From Octopus sinensis (Eukaryota), in contig NC_043018.1 in NCBI RefSeq assembly GCF_006345805.1, positions 2,170,001 to 2,234,000 of the forward strand: DNA of 64,000 nucleotides, read 5' to 3'. Numbering within the stretch: the stretch's first letter is position 1; each line of letters opens with the position of its first letter. A model generated the notes under the pieces. That model was not told the DNA's origin. It searched no databases and saw only the letters and a program-made list of their open reading frames with translations. Position numbers and translations under genes: made by a program. Below are positions 1 to 12,934 of the stretch, piece after piece.

Positions 1-168
1 ACCTCATGTGTAGAGATCACCCTATATATACACTCGAAGAATTTATCCAACCAAGCTCTCAATTCTGCATCAATATTGAAGGCAACTTCGCGCAGAGCGT
101 TTGAAAGAGATCGAAAGCGGTATCTAAAAAGTTATATATATATATATACATACATATACACACACACA

Positions 169-212
<44 letters not shown>

Positions 213-254
213 TGTATGTATATATATGCATATATAAATATATATGATGATAAG

Positions 255-432
255 ATAGGTCGTTAGCCACTACAAACATTTTTTTCTCTCCTTTTTTTTC
301 TGTGTCCCTTTCTGTAGAAGAGCGTAGGCTCGAAACGTAAAAGAGTTTTGTATTCCTGAGCCTTATACTAACACATATGTTTGTTTTCTACACCACCTGT
401 CTTCGTCTTTTGTTTTTGTCGTAAACTCTCCT
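255..432 (+). mobile_element. Penelope-like terminal repeat fragment containing a hammerhead-like fold
   Basis: Non-coding segment between TA/CA microsatellites. It carries CTGTAGAAGAGCGTAGGCTCGAAACGTA, and a related copy lies on the minus strand near 32900-32990. PLE origin is inferred from the minimal HHR architecture. Confidence 0.5.
308..343 (+). ncRNA. Minimal type I hammerhead ribozyme-like fold, variant core CUGUAGA
   Basis: Helix I CTTT(308-311)/AAAG(340-343). Core CTGTAGA plus an extra A. Helix II GAGC/GCTC with loop GTAG. GAA, then palindromic helix III ACGT, cleavage triplet GUA. Position 6 is U instead of the conserved A. Confidence 0.6.
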
Positions 433-644
433 ACATATATCCCAGATATCTCGGGTGAATGATTATCCCATACTCTTGGATATCCCAGAAGCAGCTGATT
501 TTTTTCACATAATAATAATAATAATGTATATGACTTGAAATGTTTGCCTTGCCTTAATGTTTGTTGTCCCCTTTAACAATTATATATCCGCTGCATCAAA
601 AATTAACTCCAACCGATTATGCACATACATAGCTCGTTATCTCT

Positions 645-979
645 GAGACCCCCTTCGGTCACGACACAGACCATGGGATTGCACCAAGAAAGTTACCCTC
701 CCAGGCACAAGTCCAGGCAAGGCTGTTTATGGAAGACCAGCAGTCGCCCATGCATACCAGCCTCCCCTCTCCACGCCACCAGTGTTATCCAAAGGAAAGA
801 CAAAGATCGATACAGCTTGGTACCTGTGACATCGCAACACATTTCTACAGCTGAGTGAACTGGAGCAACGTGAAATAAAGTGTCTTGCTCAAGAACACAA
901 CACGCAGCCCGGTCCGGGATTCGAGCTCAGAACCTCACGATCGTAAGTTCGACGCTCTAACCACTGAGCCATGCGCCTT
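645..979 (-). mobile_element. tRNA-derived SINE (family C), near full length
   Basis: Minus strand reads TGGCTCAGTGGTTAGAGCG (A box), GCTCGAATCCC (B box), a central TTGAGCAAGACACTTTATTTCACGTTGCTCCAGTTCACTCAGCTG domain and a tail shared with 26697-26895 and 19570-19815. Confidence 0.85.
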
Positions 980-1905
980 ATAGATTACTTATATAATGTT
1001 CTATGTAGTGCACTTAGTAAGGTTCTAGTGGTCTGCACAGCAGGAGTAAAATGTAGAAAATCTAGCAAAATTTGGAATGTGTGTAATTTGCAAAGCATGC
1101 GTATTTCTTTTCAATTCGGTCACAAATGTTGTTCTCAAAAAAAAAAAAAAATGTTGCCTGTTTTCTTCTCCAACGAATAGCTCAGAATATTCAGCTACTA
1201 TATAAAATATATTTTACTTACGCCGGGAATTAGCTTCATTTCTTACTCACATCAATATCATTCTAAAAAACGTGTAAAAATTTGTATTTCATTCTCAAGA
1301 CGGGTGTCGTAAAAATTTTGATGTCTTTCGTTGCGTTCTCCTTAAATTATTATTTATTAACTAGACAGCATCAGGTTAACTGTAAAATATATGCCAACAT
1401 GGCGGTACACTATTGTATAAGCATTATTTATCAGGGATTATAGAGTAGCTTGATAGGTTGGGCTTATATTCGTCGAAGGGGTCAGATATTGTTTTCAGTG
1501 TGCGATCAATAGCAGATATTCTGGCTCAATTCTACATTGTAATAAAATAGATCGATTGTGCTTAGAATACTCTTCGATCTAACGGGAACATAAGTTAATA
1601 TATCTATCTATCTCTCTCTCTCCCTCTACACACACACACATATGCATACATACATATATATATGTGTATATATAAATAGGTATATATATATGTGTGTGTA
1701 GGTGTGTGTGTATATATATATGTATATATATATATGTGTATATATAAATAGGTATATATATATATATGTATGTATGTAACATCCCATCCATCTATCTCTT
1801 TGTCCGTCTATCTATCTACCACCTAAATCTCTCTTTGTCTATCAATATATCGTGTATATATGTCTGTATATATATATATATATAATATAGTATATATATT
1901 TATGA

Positions 1906-1951
<46 letters not shown>

Positions 1952-2717
1952 ATATATTATATATATATATATATATACGCACACATATGTTAAGTATATA
2001 TGTATACGCATGTGTAGACAAATAGATATTGAAAGAGAGGGGAAAATATCCAAGTATGTTGTATATATAGATATTTATACATACGCGTATATATCTATAT
2101 ATATCTATATATACAATTTTATATAGATACATATATACATGCATACACATACGTTTTACACAAATATATATGTATATATATATATATATATATATGTCTC
2201 TCTCTCTCTCTATATATATATATATGTACATATATATTCATGTATATATATATATACGCATAAATATACATATATATATTATATACATATGCATACATGT
2301 ATATATATATATGTACATATATTGTCATGTATATATACGTATATATATATATACACCACACACTCATATATATATATATATATATATATACGTATAAATA
2401 TATATACATATATATATTATATATACACATGCATATATGTATATATATATATACATATACATGTATATATAATATTCACGTGTGCATAAAAGTGTGAGAG
2501 CACTATTAACTACTGTCGGTTTGTACTCTATACGTATTAAGTGGACCTCATTCATGGAAGATGTCTGCGGATGTGTCTTCAGGATATGCGATGCACCTTG
2601 CATTGAAAATTACTTCATTTTTGTGCACAGTGACTTCACTGTGACAGGTTGTGTTGAATAATTTGCCGCAGCGACATATATAAAATTTCAAATATACAAT
2701 AATTATACGTGGCTGGA

Positions 2718-3053
<336 letters not shown>

Positions 3054-3104
3054 ATATATTATATATATATATATAATATATACACACACACACACACACA
3101 CATA

Positions 3105-3141
<37 letters not shown>

Positions 3142-3640
3142 CTTGCCTGGATACGTACATACATGTATACATGAATATATACATCTGTATATACACGTAT
3201 AGTTTTATCAATAAATAACAAATGAAAGATAGAAGATGGAATATAGGAGAATATATTATTAATCACAACAATTGTTTCGGTACATCTAGAATGGACTCCT
3301 CTTGTGGGACACACAAACACTGGTACAGTAGTATCCATTGGTGCAGACGCATCTCGTTGGGTGATAAATACATGAATAAAAGAATCTCATAAACTGACTC
3401 TTCCATAATGCAACTTTCCGTTTTCTAGAGAGAAAAACAGCCAGACGGACAGAGATAGAAAGATAGATATATACGTAGATAGATAGAGAGATAGAGGTAT
3501 AGATAGGTAGATACATCTAGGGATACCCACATAAATACATATCTATATATGTTTTAATATGTATAATTACAATAATAAAATGATATTTGTATGAGTTCCT
3601 CTATGTATATACATGCTTATACATTGCTTTTATACATATA

Positions 3641-4155
3641 TAGTCGCAGGTGTGGCTTGCGTACAAACCACATGTTTCCAAGTTCAGTCCCACTGCGTGG
3701 TAACTTGGGCAAGTGTCTTCTACTAAAGCTTCGGGCCGACCAAAGAATTGCGAGCGGATTTAGTAGACGTAAACTCAAAGGGCGCCCATCGTATATATAT
3801 ATATATAGATATATATATATATATATTATTATATATTATACAATATATATATACATATGCATATATATATAAAGAGAGAGAGAGTCCATCCTATATATAT
3901 TAATGTACATATATATATATGTATATATATGTATGTGTGTGTGAATGTTTGTGTGTCTGTATTGGTCCCCTCACCATCGCTTGACAACCAATGTTGGTGT
4001 GTTTTCGACCCCGTAAGTTAGCTGTTCGGCAAACGTTTCTGAGAACATAAGTGATAGGCTTTGAAGAATAAATCCTGGTGTCTATTTCGCCGACTAAAGT
4101 CTGGGCTCCAAAATGGCCCCAGTCAAATGATTGAATCAAATAAAAGAATAAAAGA
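3641..4155 (+). mobile_element. tRNA-derived SINE (family A) with expanded internal (TA)n
   Basis: Head AAGTTCAGTCCCACTGCGTGGTAACTTGGGCAAGTGTCTTC, internal TA/TG microsatellite, tail ending CAGTCAAATGATTGAATCAAATAAAAGA. Colinear with other family A copies. Confidence 0.85.
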
Positions 4156-4204
4156 AAAAATAGAAAACATAATATATATACATGTATAACACACACACAC
4201 ACAC

Positions 4205-4253
<49 letters not shown>

Positions 4254-4679
4254 ATTGATGAGGTGCGTACAGAACAGTGAGAATTCAGACTCTATAGTAT
4301 CCATTTATTTTTAAAACATTCTCGTATATTCGAACTTGAAAGTCGAAAGGATGATTTTCGCCGTCGGAGTATGTCTACTTTTGAAAGATGTGTGTTTATA
4401 GAACACAGTTCTGCAGTGTGAAGGGAGTTAGATACAATCAAATCTATCCCCAACTTAGCACTCGATTGTAACACTCGATTTGAATCTAACAAAAACTGGC
4501 ACTTACAACTTAATCAGTAAAGTATTTTGCGCACCATGCACTTTCCGTCCTCATAGGCTATACAGTTTTATGTGTAATAAAGTATGCTGTATAGTAAAAC
4601 TATAATAAATCATTTACGATATGGTAGTTGCCTCCCCGTTGCGCTGGTTGGAAGTCCTCTATACGGCAGATTGTCTTTT

Positions 4680-5074
4680 CTCTCTTTTTCTCTTTTTACT
4701 TGTTTCAGTCATTTTGACTGCGGTCATGCTGGACCACCGCCTTTAATCGAGCAACTCGACCCCGGGACTTATTCTTTGTAAGCCCTGTGCTTATTCTATC
4801 GGTCTCTTTTTGCCGAACCGCTAAGTGACGGGGACATAAACACACCAGCATCGGTTGTCAAGCAATGCTAGGGGGACAAACACAGACACACAAACACGCA
4901 TATATATATATATACATACATATATACGACGGGCTTCTTTCAGTTTCCGTCTACCAAATCCACTCACAAGGCTTTGGTCGGCCCGAGGCTATAGTAGAAG
5001 ACACTTGCCCAAGGTGTCATGCAGTGGGACTGAACCCTGAACCATGTGGCTGGTAAACAGCCACTCCTGCGCCT
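4680..5074 (-). mobile_element. tRNA-derived SINE (family A), full length
   Basis: Runs from TACTTGTTTCAGTCATTTTGACTGCGG to GACACTTGCCCAAGGTGTCATGCAGTGGGACTGAACCC and CCACTCCTGCGCCT. High similarity to copies at 27185 and 28700. Confidence 0.9.
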
Positions 5075-5162
5075 ATTGTTGAAATAGATCGTTGAAATGT
5101 TTGACTTTTTGTGAAGTTGGAATCAACCGATATGCTAATTATTTATGAAGTCCTCACTGCAT

Positions 5163-5463
5163 TTTTGTTTGTTCCTTCTGGAGCCATGCATGGCTCATAA
5201 GGGCCGGTTTCCCGGTTTCATTGGCGTATACGTTCCGCACCTGGATTGGATGCCAGTCTGACGCAGCTGCGTTATATGTTGCAGAGGGAAAGAGTGAGAG
5301 AAAGTTGTGGTGAAGGAGTCAGCAGACGTTTGCCATTACCTTTTAACGGAGCCGCGTAGAGCTTAGGTGATTCGCTCATAAACACACACATCGCTTGGTC
5401 TGACTTTCGAACCTGCGAACCCTCGACCGCAAGTTCACTACTCTAACCAGTAGGCCATGTTCC
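5163..5463 (-). mobile_element. tRNA-derived SINE (family D head, tail type 1)
   Basis: Head reads TGGCCTACTGGTTAGAG and GGTTCGAAAGTC on the minus strand. Body GAGTGAGAGAAAGTTGTGGTGAA is shared with 52671-53026 and 54251-54545. Confidence 0.8.
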
Positions 5464-5639
5464 TCTAGCCTTACTACATTACATATTTAGAATTTCTTAC
5501 CTGCATTGTTTTAAAGTACTCGTTATAATAGGTAATGAGCAGTGTTTCGATCAGGATGGAAATTTACATAGAATATCAGGTGACAAAATGTTATGAAGTA
5601 CACATACACACAGACAAACACCTACACATAAATATATTT

Positions 5640-5850
5640 ATCTTTATCTTCTACTTGTTTCAATCATTGGACGGCGGCCATGTGGGGGCATCACCCCGGG
5701 GAGGTTAGTCAAATATATCGACCCCAGTAATTCATTTTTTATGAGCCTGGTACGTGTTCTGTGGGTCTCTTTTACCGAACCACCAGGTAGGGTAGCGGGT
5801 ATGTAAACAAACCAACACCGGTTGTCATGTGTTGGGTAGCACACATACAC
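5640..5850 (-). mobile_element. Family A-like SINE tail, diverged
   Basis: TACTTGTTTCAATCATTGGACGGCGGCCATG, ATCGACCCCAG, ACCGAACC and CACCGGTTGTC occur in family A order. Confidence 0.7.
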
Positions 5851-6269
5851 CGACCCTCACATCGAAAGAAGGGCACTCAACAGATTTATTGAGAGTTACA
5901 TGTATGGATCAAAACGGTTTGATTCAGAATCCTTGGCACTAATATATATATATAATATATAGGGGTTCTGTTCACAGGTGTTCTAAACGACTAGGTACAG
6001 TAGGTAGGTTCTGTAAAGGATTAGTAGGGAGCCAAAGGTACAATAGACGGAGTAGTTATGGAGCCATTGCATATATCCCAGTGTCCTCTTTGTCTTGTCG
6101 TATAATGCTCGAAATGATGAGTGAAAGACAGCCGACAGCTGATGAAGGGTCGTTCTTTATGTTAACTGTCCTGTTTTCCATTTCTTTCTCTCTTTGTATT
6201 CAACTCCTTTGTTTTCGTATTTCATGTTGTTTACGGTTTGGGACGTTCTGTAACCCATACATACATACA

Positions 6270-6305
<36 letters not shown>

Positions 6306-6475
6306 TATATATAAATAATCATATATATTTAATTTACATTATTAGGATATATATATATATATGTATATATGTATATACATATATGAGATAGATAGATAGA
6401 TATTTATAGATGAGAGGAGAGATAGATCGAGAGATAATTGACGAGGAGACTATGGAGAAGAGAGATGAGATGAGA

Positions 6476-6531
<56 letters not shown>

Positions 6532-7178
6532 GAGCGAGGAGGGATTCGAGAGTGAGAGAGAGTGAGAGAGAGAGAGAGAGATGAGCGAGAGAGAGAGAGA
6601 GAGAGGGACGGAGCTAGAGATTCTTTGGTGTGACGCACAGTTCTTATATATTAAGAAAAATGAGGAAGTCAGGATTTGAATAAAACTATTTCTTTAGCTT
6701 TCGTACCTTTTATACATAAGTCAGTTAGCTGAAAACAACACCTGGAACTGACATAGTTACCTTGGGTTATTAAAAATTGTTTTAGGTATGATAATCTCAG
6801 GTGGACATCTAAAATAACTTCCTTTTTTTTATCTCGCTTGCAAGGTCCCTTACATGAATTCGCGCGTTGGCGCATATTATGTTGCGTCAGGTGAGAGTCA
6901 TATTACCTGCGCGTTATTAACCAACACACACCGGTTCAATTCTCCACTCAGTTTATTCATATATTATTCTTTTTCATACAGAACTTTTGTTGCTCCTCGC
7001 AAACTTCTCAATTGTCTTTGACGCTCTATAATTGTTCATTCTATTTAAATAACCATTCCCAAAAGACCTTTCAAATATCCAGCAAAAATTCAGATCTACA
7101 TTTTTTTACCGAAATAACTCATATAATATAAATATGAACGGCTGAAATTTCTATAAAATTCCTTGCCCATTTTCATTC

Positions 7179-7226
<48 letters not shown>

Positions 7227-7317
7227 TATAGAATGGCGGTGCTCCAGCAGGCCACAGCTCATAAGCTGAAACTAGATAAAATGAAAAAAAAATGAAATAT
7301 ATATATATATATTCTTT

Positions 7318-7725
7318 TAATTTTTTATCAATTGTTTCAGTCATTTGACTGCGGTCATGCCGGATCACCTCCTTTAGTGGACCTAATCGACCTAGTACTT
7401 ATTCTATCGGTCTGTTTTGCCGAACCGCTAAGTTACGGGGACGTAAATACACCAGCATCTGTTGTCAAGTGATGGTGGCGGGACAAACAGAAACATACAG
7501 ACACAAACATACAGACACACACACACACATACACGCGCACACACACATATACATATATATACACGACGGGCTTCTTTCAGTTTCCGTCTACCAAATACAC
7601 TCACAAACCTTTGGTCAGTGCGAGGCGATAGCAGAAAACACTAACCCAAGAATACACGTTTTGGAAATGAAACCGGTATCATGCGTTTGGGAAGGAAACT
7701 TCCTACCACACAGCCACTCCCATGC
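7318..7725 (-). mobile_element. tRNA-derived SINE (family A), tail-to-tail with a short plus-strand tail at about 7234-7290
   Basis: TGTTTCAGTCATTTGACTGCGGTCATGC, ACGACGGGCTTCTTTCAGTTTCCGTCTACC and ACCACACAGCCACTCC. The plus-strand GGCGGTGCTCCAGCAGGCCACAG lies just upstream. Confidence 0.85.
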
Positions 7726-7732
7726 CCCTATG

Positions 7733-7787
7733 TATCTACTTACCTATCTATCTATCTATCTACTATCTATCTATCTATCTATCTATC

Positions 7788-7823
<36 letters not shown>

Positions 7824-7844
7824 AAATCTGTCTGTATATCTATC

Positions 7845-7908
<64 letters not shown>

Positions 7909-7910
7909 CA

Positions 7911-7957
<47 letters not shown>

Positions 7958-7981
7958 TATCTATCTGTCTATCTATCTACA

Positions 7982-8058
<77 letters not shown>
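7733..8058. repeat. (ATCT)n microsatellite
   Basis: Direct reading. Confidence 0.95.
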
Positions 8059-8616
8059 GTCGTTCTGTGTGTCTGTTTGTCTCTCTCTCTCTCTCTCTCT
8101 CTATGTCTGTCTCTATCTCTATTATCATGGTACACAAAACCTATGGCAGGCCACATACCTCCTGGCATGCTATCGGCAGTGAAATATCGCGTCGGTATAC
8201 AGAGTAGTAATTATCCTTACAGGAATTTCGTCTTGGAAACAGAATACGATATTCCTTTAGACGGAAGTACTTAATTTCGGAGAGTTATCTGTACGCGATG
8301 CGTCTCAGAGACCTTTTGCGTTCTCAATAAATTAGGTCTTAATGTTTTTCGTTGTCACTACATTTCATTGTAAAGTATTTGTAAATGTTAGAGAAGGATA
8401 TACATGGATAACAGCTGGCAGAGAAATTGTAAATATGATATTACACTATGTTAATGTCTCAGGGCGCTATGAGCGTGATCATATATAATATACACGTAGC
8501 ACACACTTACACATACAAAAAACACATATATATATTACAAACACACACACACACATATATATAAAAGTGTGTGTGTATATATTTGTATGTGTATATATAT
8601 ATTATATATATATATC

Positions 8617-8647
<31 letters not shown>

Positions 8648-8947
8648 ACATACACACACACGAACACACATATACTAATATATGTATTTTTATATGTGTG
8701 GTTATATGCATACATAGCAAGCTATATTTATATCGGTGTGTGTATGTGTGTCTCTGTGTGTATGTATATATGTTTATAAGTGTATGTGTAGTATTGTTTG
8801 CTTGTGTTTGTTGTGAGTGTAACTACGTTTGTACGAAGAGACAAAAGACGAAGAGTGAAAACAAACACAATCAGCTGTTGGTTCATCTCATTATAATTTA
8901 GAAATCTAGCACAACACACTCTCTCTCTATATATGTATGTATGTATG

Positions 8948-8981
<34 letters not shown>

Positions 8982-10152
8982 TGTAGTATGTATATATGTA
9001 TGTATGTATGTATGTATAGACGCCCACACACTACACACGCACAGACTCACACTCATACATATATTTAGGCATTATACATTGAAAAGTAGAGTAAAGAAAA
9101 AAGTTTGGAAAAAGCGTGTATTAGTTTAAATATTTAGGAGTTAAAGATAGAGATTTTTAACGTTTCGGAAATAACTTATTCATCAGAAATGAAAAGTAGA
9201 AGAAAATGAAAATAAAAGGAGAAGCATATTTTTGAAAAGAAAGCTTTTACTAAATTTCAAAATGATATTTGAATTTTGGGCGGGAACACTCAGTTTGAAT
9301 TCTGTAATATATTTGAAGAAAATTAAACATCTACTGATTGTAGTTGTGTAGTCTTATATATGAGAGAATATTCGTGACTGGAACTGAGATCGATGATTTG
9401 TGTGCGTTGGCATGTTGTGTGCATTCGATGTATACGTGTGGAAGTTTTGTCGTGTTGGTTTGTAACGAAGAGTATTGGAGGTGTGAGCAATGTGTATGTG
9501 AACGCCTACATATATTTATATGGATGAAGCTATCGCAGAAAACTATAGGGCAAGAAGTGCAAAGTGTGAGGTATAATGTACGTATATAGATATGTGTATA
9601 CTGAGTGCAACACACATATTTTCCTATTATTCATTTTATCATAAAATATAAAATTTTAGAATGGTTGTATACTGTCATGTACTGTCATGTTTTTGGTTAA
9701 TCAAAGCTTATTGTTATATTTAATAACGATATTTTACATATATTTACAATTCAAAATGGCCATCATTTACGTTCAGCATGTCTCTTAATAATTTCTGAAG
9801 TGAAGTTTGAATAATGGATAAATTAATGATGGGTATATGTGTATTCCGTATCCAGCGAATGAAATCAAATAGGCTTTCGAAAGTATGTTTCGCGGTCATG
9901 TGGTTGTGATTCACAGAGTTTTGATTTTTGTTAATCTTTGAAAATGACCGATTTAGCTCCGAAATTTCGATTCTGTTGTTTTCTTTTAAATAAATAGTGG
10001 AGATTCATTTTTCTTTAACGGATCGGAATTGATTTTGTTTGGCTTTATGAAGCCAATATGAATACAAAAGCGTAAGCGATGTGACAATGATGATGGTAAA
10101 GCTAAACAGTAATATCTTGATGAAGAAGATGTATAAGATAGTCATGAATAAA

Positions 10153-10156
<4 letters not shown>

Positions 10157-10217
<61 letters not shown>

Positions 10218-10247
10218 TATACTAATAATAATAATGATAACAACAAC

Positions 10248-10278
<31 letters not shown>

Positions 10279-10292
10279 TTAATAATAATAAT

Positions 10293-10329
<37 letters not shown>

Positions 10330-10441
10330 TATAACTATATAATAATAATAATTATAATAATAATAATAATAATAATTATTATTATTATTATAATAATAAT
10401 AATACTAATATACTACTAATAATAATAATAATAATAATAAA
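10157..10441. repeat. (AAT)n microsatellite
   Basis: Direct reading. Confidence 0.95.
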
Positions 10442-10985
10442 TGCCCTGATGCAGTACAAAGCAGAGGCTCTCATGGCTTCTCATCTTAACCGATTAGAAG
10501 TGTTATCATGTACATTGTTTTGTCTTGGTATAAAAGATGGGCTACAGCAAATATTCTGCTCAATACCACAGATTTGCTTATCAGTTGTTTGACCATAACT
10601 AGTTGAGCATGACCCTTAGTGGCTGAGGATATGTGCATCTCTGATCACAAGCAGAAGTAGTGGGGGAGCATCGTAGCCATGTGTTGAAAAGAATTCTTTG
10701 GGGTTTGGATAATTCGCTTTTGGAAATATGGGTGTTCTGTTCAACATCCTTAAACAACCTTTATTCAGTGGGATGGGCTACTCAACCTGAAGAAAATTCT
10801 AACTGGGTCCCACCTGTAAGGTCATGTGGTGTTTATCTTGAATTGAGATCACCATGTCGCGTACATATCGTTGTGATGCATGTGCCTAGTGTACCCTTAT
10901 CAGACGGGTAATCATGATGGGTATACTGGGTTTCGTATATTTTACCCTAGTGTCACTTTGATGGCATGTACTGCTCTCTCACTCA
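10442..10985. mobile_element. About 545-bp non-coding interspersed element embedded in (AAT)n
   Basis: Complex sequence with sharp boundaries and (AAT)n on both sides. No recognisable ORF. Resembles an abundant octopus repeat from memory (unverified). Confidence 0.55.
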
Positions 10986-11005
10986 ATAATAATAATAATA
11001 ATAAT

Positions 11006-11400
11006 ATTGGCGACAAGAATATAAGTCATCTATTTTATACGGATGATTTAAAACTCCATGCAAAGACGATATTGAGTTTGATGGATTACTACGTACTGTG
11101 AAAGCATTCAGTGATGACATTGGGGTGCAATTTGGTCTTCATAAATGTGTCAAGGCCACTTTTCAGAAAGGGAAACTGAAAACCTCCCAATCCATGGTGT
11201 TGGATGTTGACATAACCATAAAAGAACACGAGCCGAAATAAACTTAGAAATACCTCGGAATAAATGAGGGGTCTGGCATTTAGCATGTAAGTATGAAAGA
11301 GAAGATCGCGAGGGAGTGTTACAAGAGAGATCGAGCAGTCTTAAAATCCGAGTTGAATGCACGTGACAAGGCGTTAGCTCAAAATTCCTTAGCAGTTAAT
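11006..11400 (+). pseudogene. R4/Dong-type non-LTR retrotransposon RT fragment (domains 5-7)
   Basis: Reads ISHLFYTDDLKLHAK, LLRTVKAFSDDIGVQFGLHKCVK, KYLGINE and MKEKIARECYKR across a frameshift and stops. Begins immediately after (AAT)n. Confidence 0.85.
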
Positions 11401-11831
11401 ATTCGTCTTGCAATCTATAATCATAGGAAACTGCATTTTGTCAATTGTACGTCTGTTGAGAGAAATGATGAAGATCTAAATTATTATGTCGTTAAAAGAA
11501 AGGGTGTCAAATGATTAAGAGAAACTATAAGGGTGCGCAGGGTAGCAGAAGAGACATCATAATTTCTTGAAGGAGCGGAAGAATGTTTTTTTTGTGTCTG
11601 CAAATACAATATCAGTCCTATCGGAGGTAATTTAGTCAGCAAACTGAGTTCTCATTAATAAGCTTCACTAACGATTGTCAAGTAGCAATGTCGGCAATAT
11701 TACTTTTCTAAATAAAAAAAAAAAAAACAATTTTAATTAAATTTTAACAAACGTTGAATGACGTCATTTTAGAACGTTAACTATACTTACCTAATTAGTT
11801 GCTTAACCAACATGTACTCATTTTCTATTTA

Positions 11832-12458
11832 TCTTCTTCTTCTTCTTCTTCTTCTTCTTCTTCTCTTTCTTCTCTTTCTTCTCTTTCTTCTTCTCTTTCT
11901 TCTTCTTCCTCTTCTTCTTCTTCCCCTTCTTCTTCTTCTTCTTCTTCTTCTTCTTCCTCCCCTTCTTCTTCCCCTTCTTCTTCTTCTTCTCCTTCTTCTT
12001 CTTCTCCTTCTTCTTCTTTCTTCTTCTTCTTCTTTCTTCTTCTTCTCCTTCTCTTCTTCTTCTCTTTCTTCTTCCTCTTTCCTTCTTCTTCTTTTCTTTT
12101 CTTCTTTCTTTCTTCTCCTCTTCTCCTTCTTCTTCCTCTTCTTCTTCTTCTCTTTCTTCTCTTCTTCTTCTTCTTCTTCTTCTTCTTTCTTCTTCTTCTT
12201 CTTCTCCTTCTTCTTCTTCTTCTTCTTCTCCTTCTTCTCATTCTTCTTCTTCTTCCTCTCTTCTTCTCCTTCTTCTTCTTCTTCTTCTACTTCTCTTTCT
12301 TCTTCTCTTTCTTCTCCTTCTTCTCCTTCTTCTCCTTCTTCTCCTTCTTCTTCTTCTTCTTCTTCTTCTCCGCCTCCTCCTCCTCCTCCTCCTCCTCTTC
12401 TTCTTCTCCTCCTCCTCCTCCTCCTCCTTCTTCCTTCTTCTTTTTCCTTCTTCTTCTC
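11832..12458. repeat. About 625-bp (CTT)n/(CCT)n homopyrimidine tract
   Basis: Almost exclusively C and T on the plus strand. Confidence 0.95.
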
Positions 12459-12934
12459 CAAGCTCATTATTGAAATTGCATTATTTTATGTATACACATA
12501 ATCTCGTATTAAAAACGTATGGCAGATTACTAATTCTGTTTTCATTTTCCATGACTGTTCATTAACATATACCAGTTCATTAATATTTACATAGTTCTAA
12601 TAATTACACTAGCACGAGAACGTGTTTAAGAGGGATAATGACACTTCAAACTCGCCTCCTGATAATTAAAACTTCAACGACTCGCGAAAATCCCACGTTT
12701 CTTAAATGTCATTATTTCTGTTATGATGTATAACTACATTTATCTTCCAAACGTTGTTTCATTATTTTAAAGTCTTTTATGTTTACGATGTCCTTCCATA
12801 TTCAAGGCATCCGGCGGTTTTGATTATAGCTCCTAGTTTATTCCATAGTTAATACAGATAAATAAAATGTTCAAATTATATTAAAAATTTCAACTATTAC
12901 TCCGATTTTATTTCATATTAAAGGCATTATTTAT

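Noticed and set aside
3262-3310. Minus-strand GAAACAATTGTT palindrome with GTG helix I partner
   Set aside because: The core reads CACAAGA, not CUGANGA, and helix II is poorly paired. At best a remnant.
6090-6258. CAGCTGATGAAGGG motif, with a related CAGCTGAAGAAGGGG on the minus strand at 53366-53372
   Set aside because: Probably related PLE-type terminal fragments, but no GAAA follows helix II, so no hammerhead can be built.
10442-10520. HDV-like or hammerhead ribozyme at the edge of the AAT-embedded element
   Set aside because: CTGATG is followed by C with no GAAA, and no nested double pseudoknot could be fitted.
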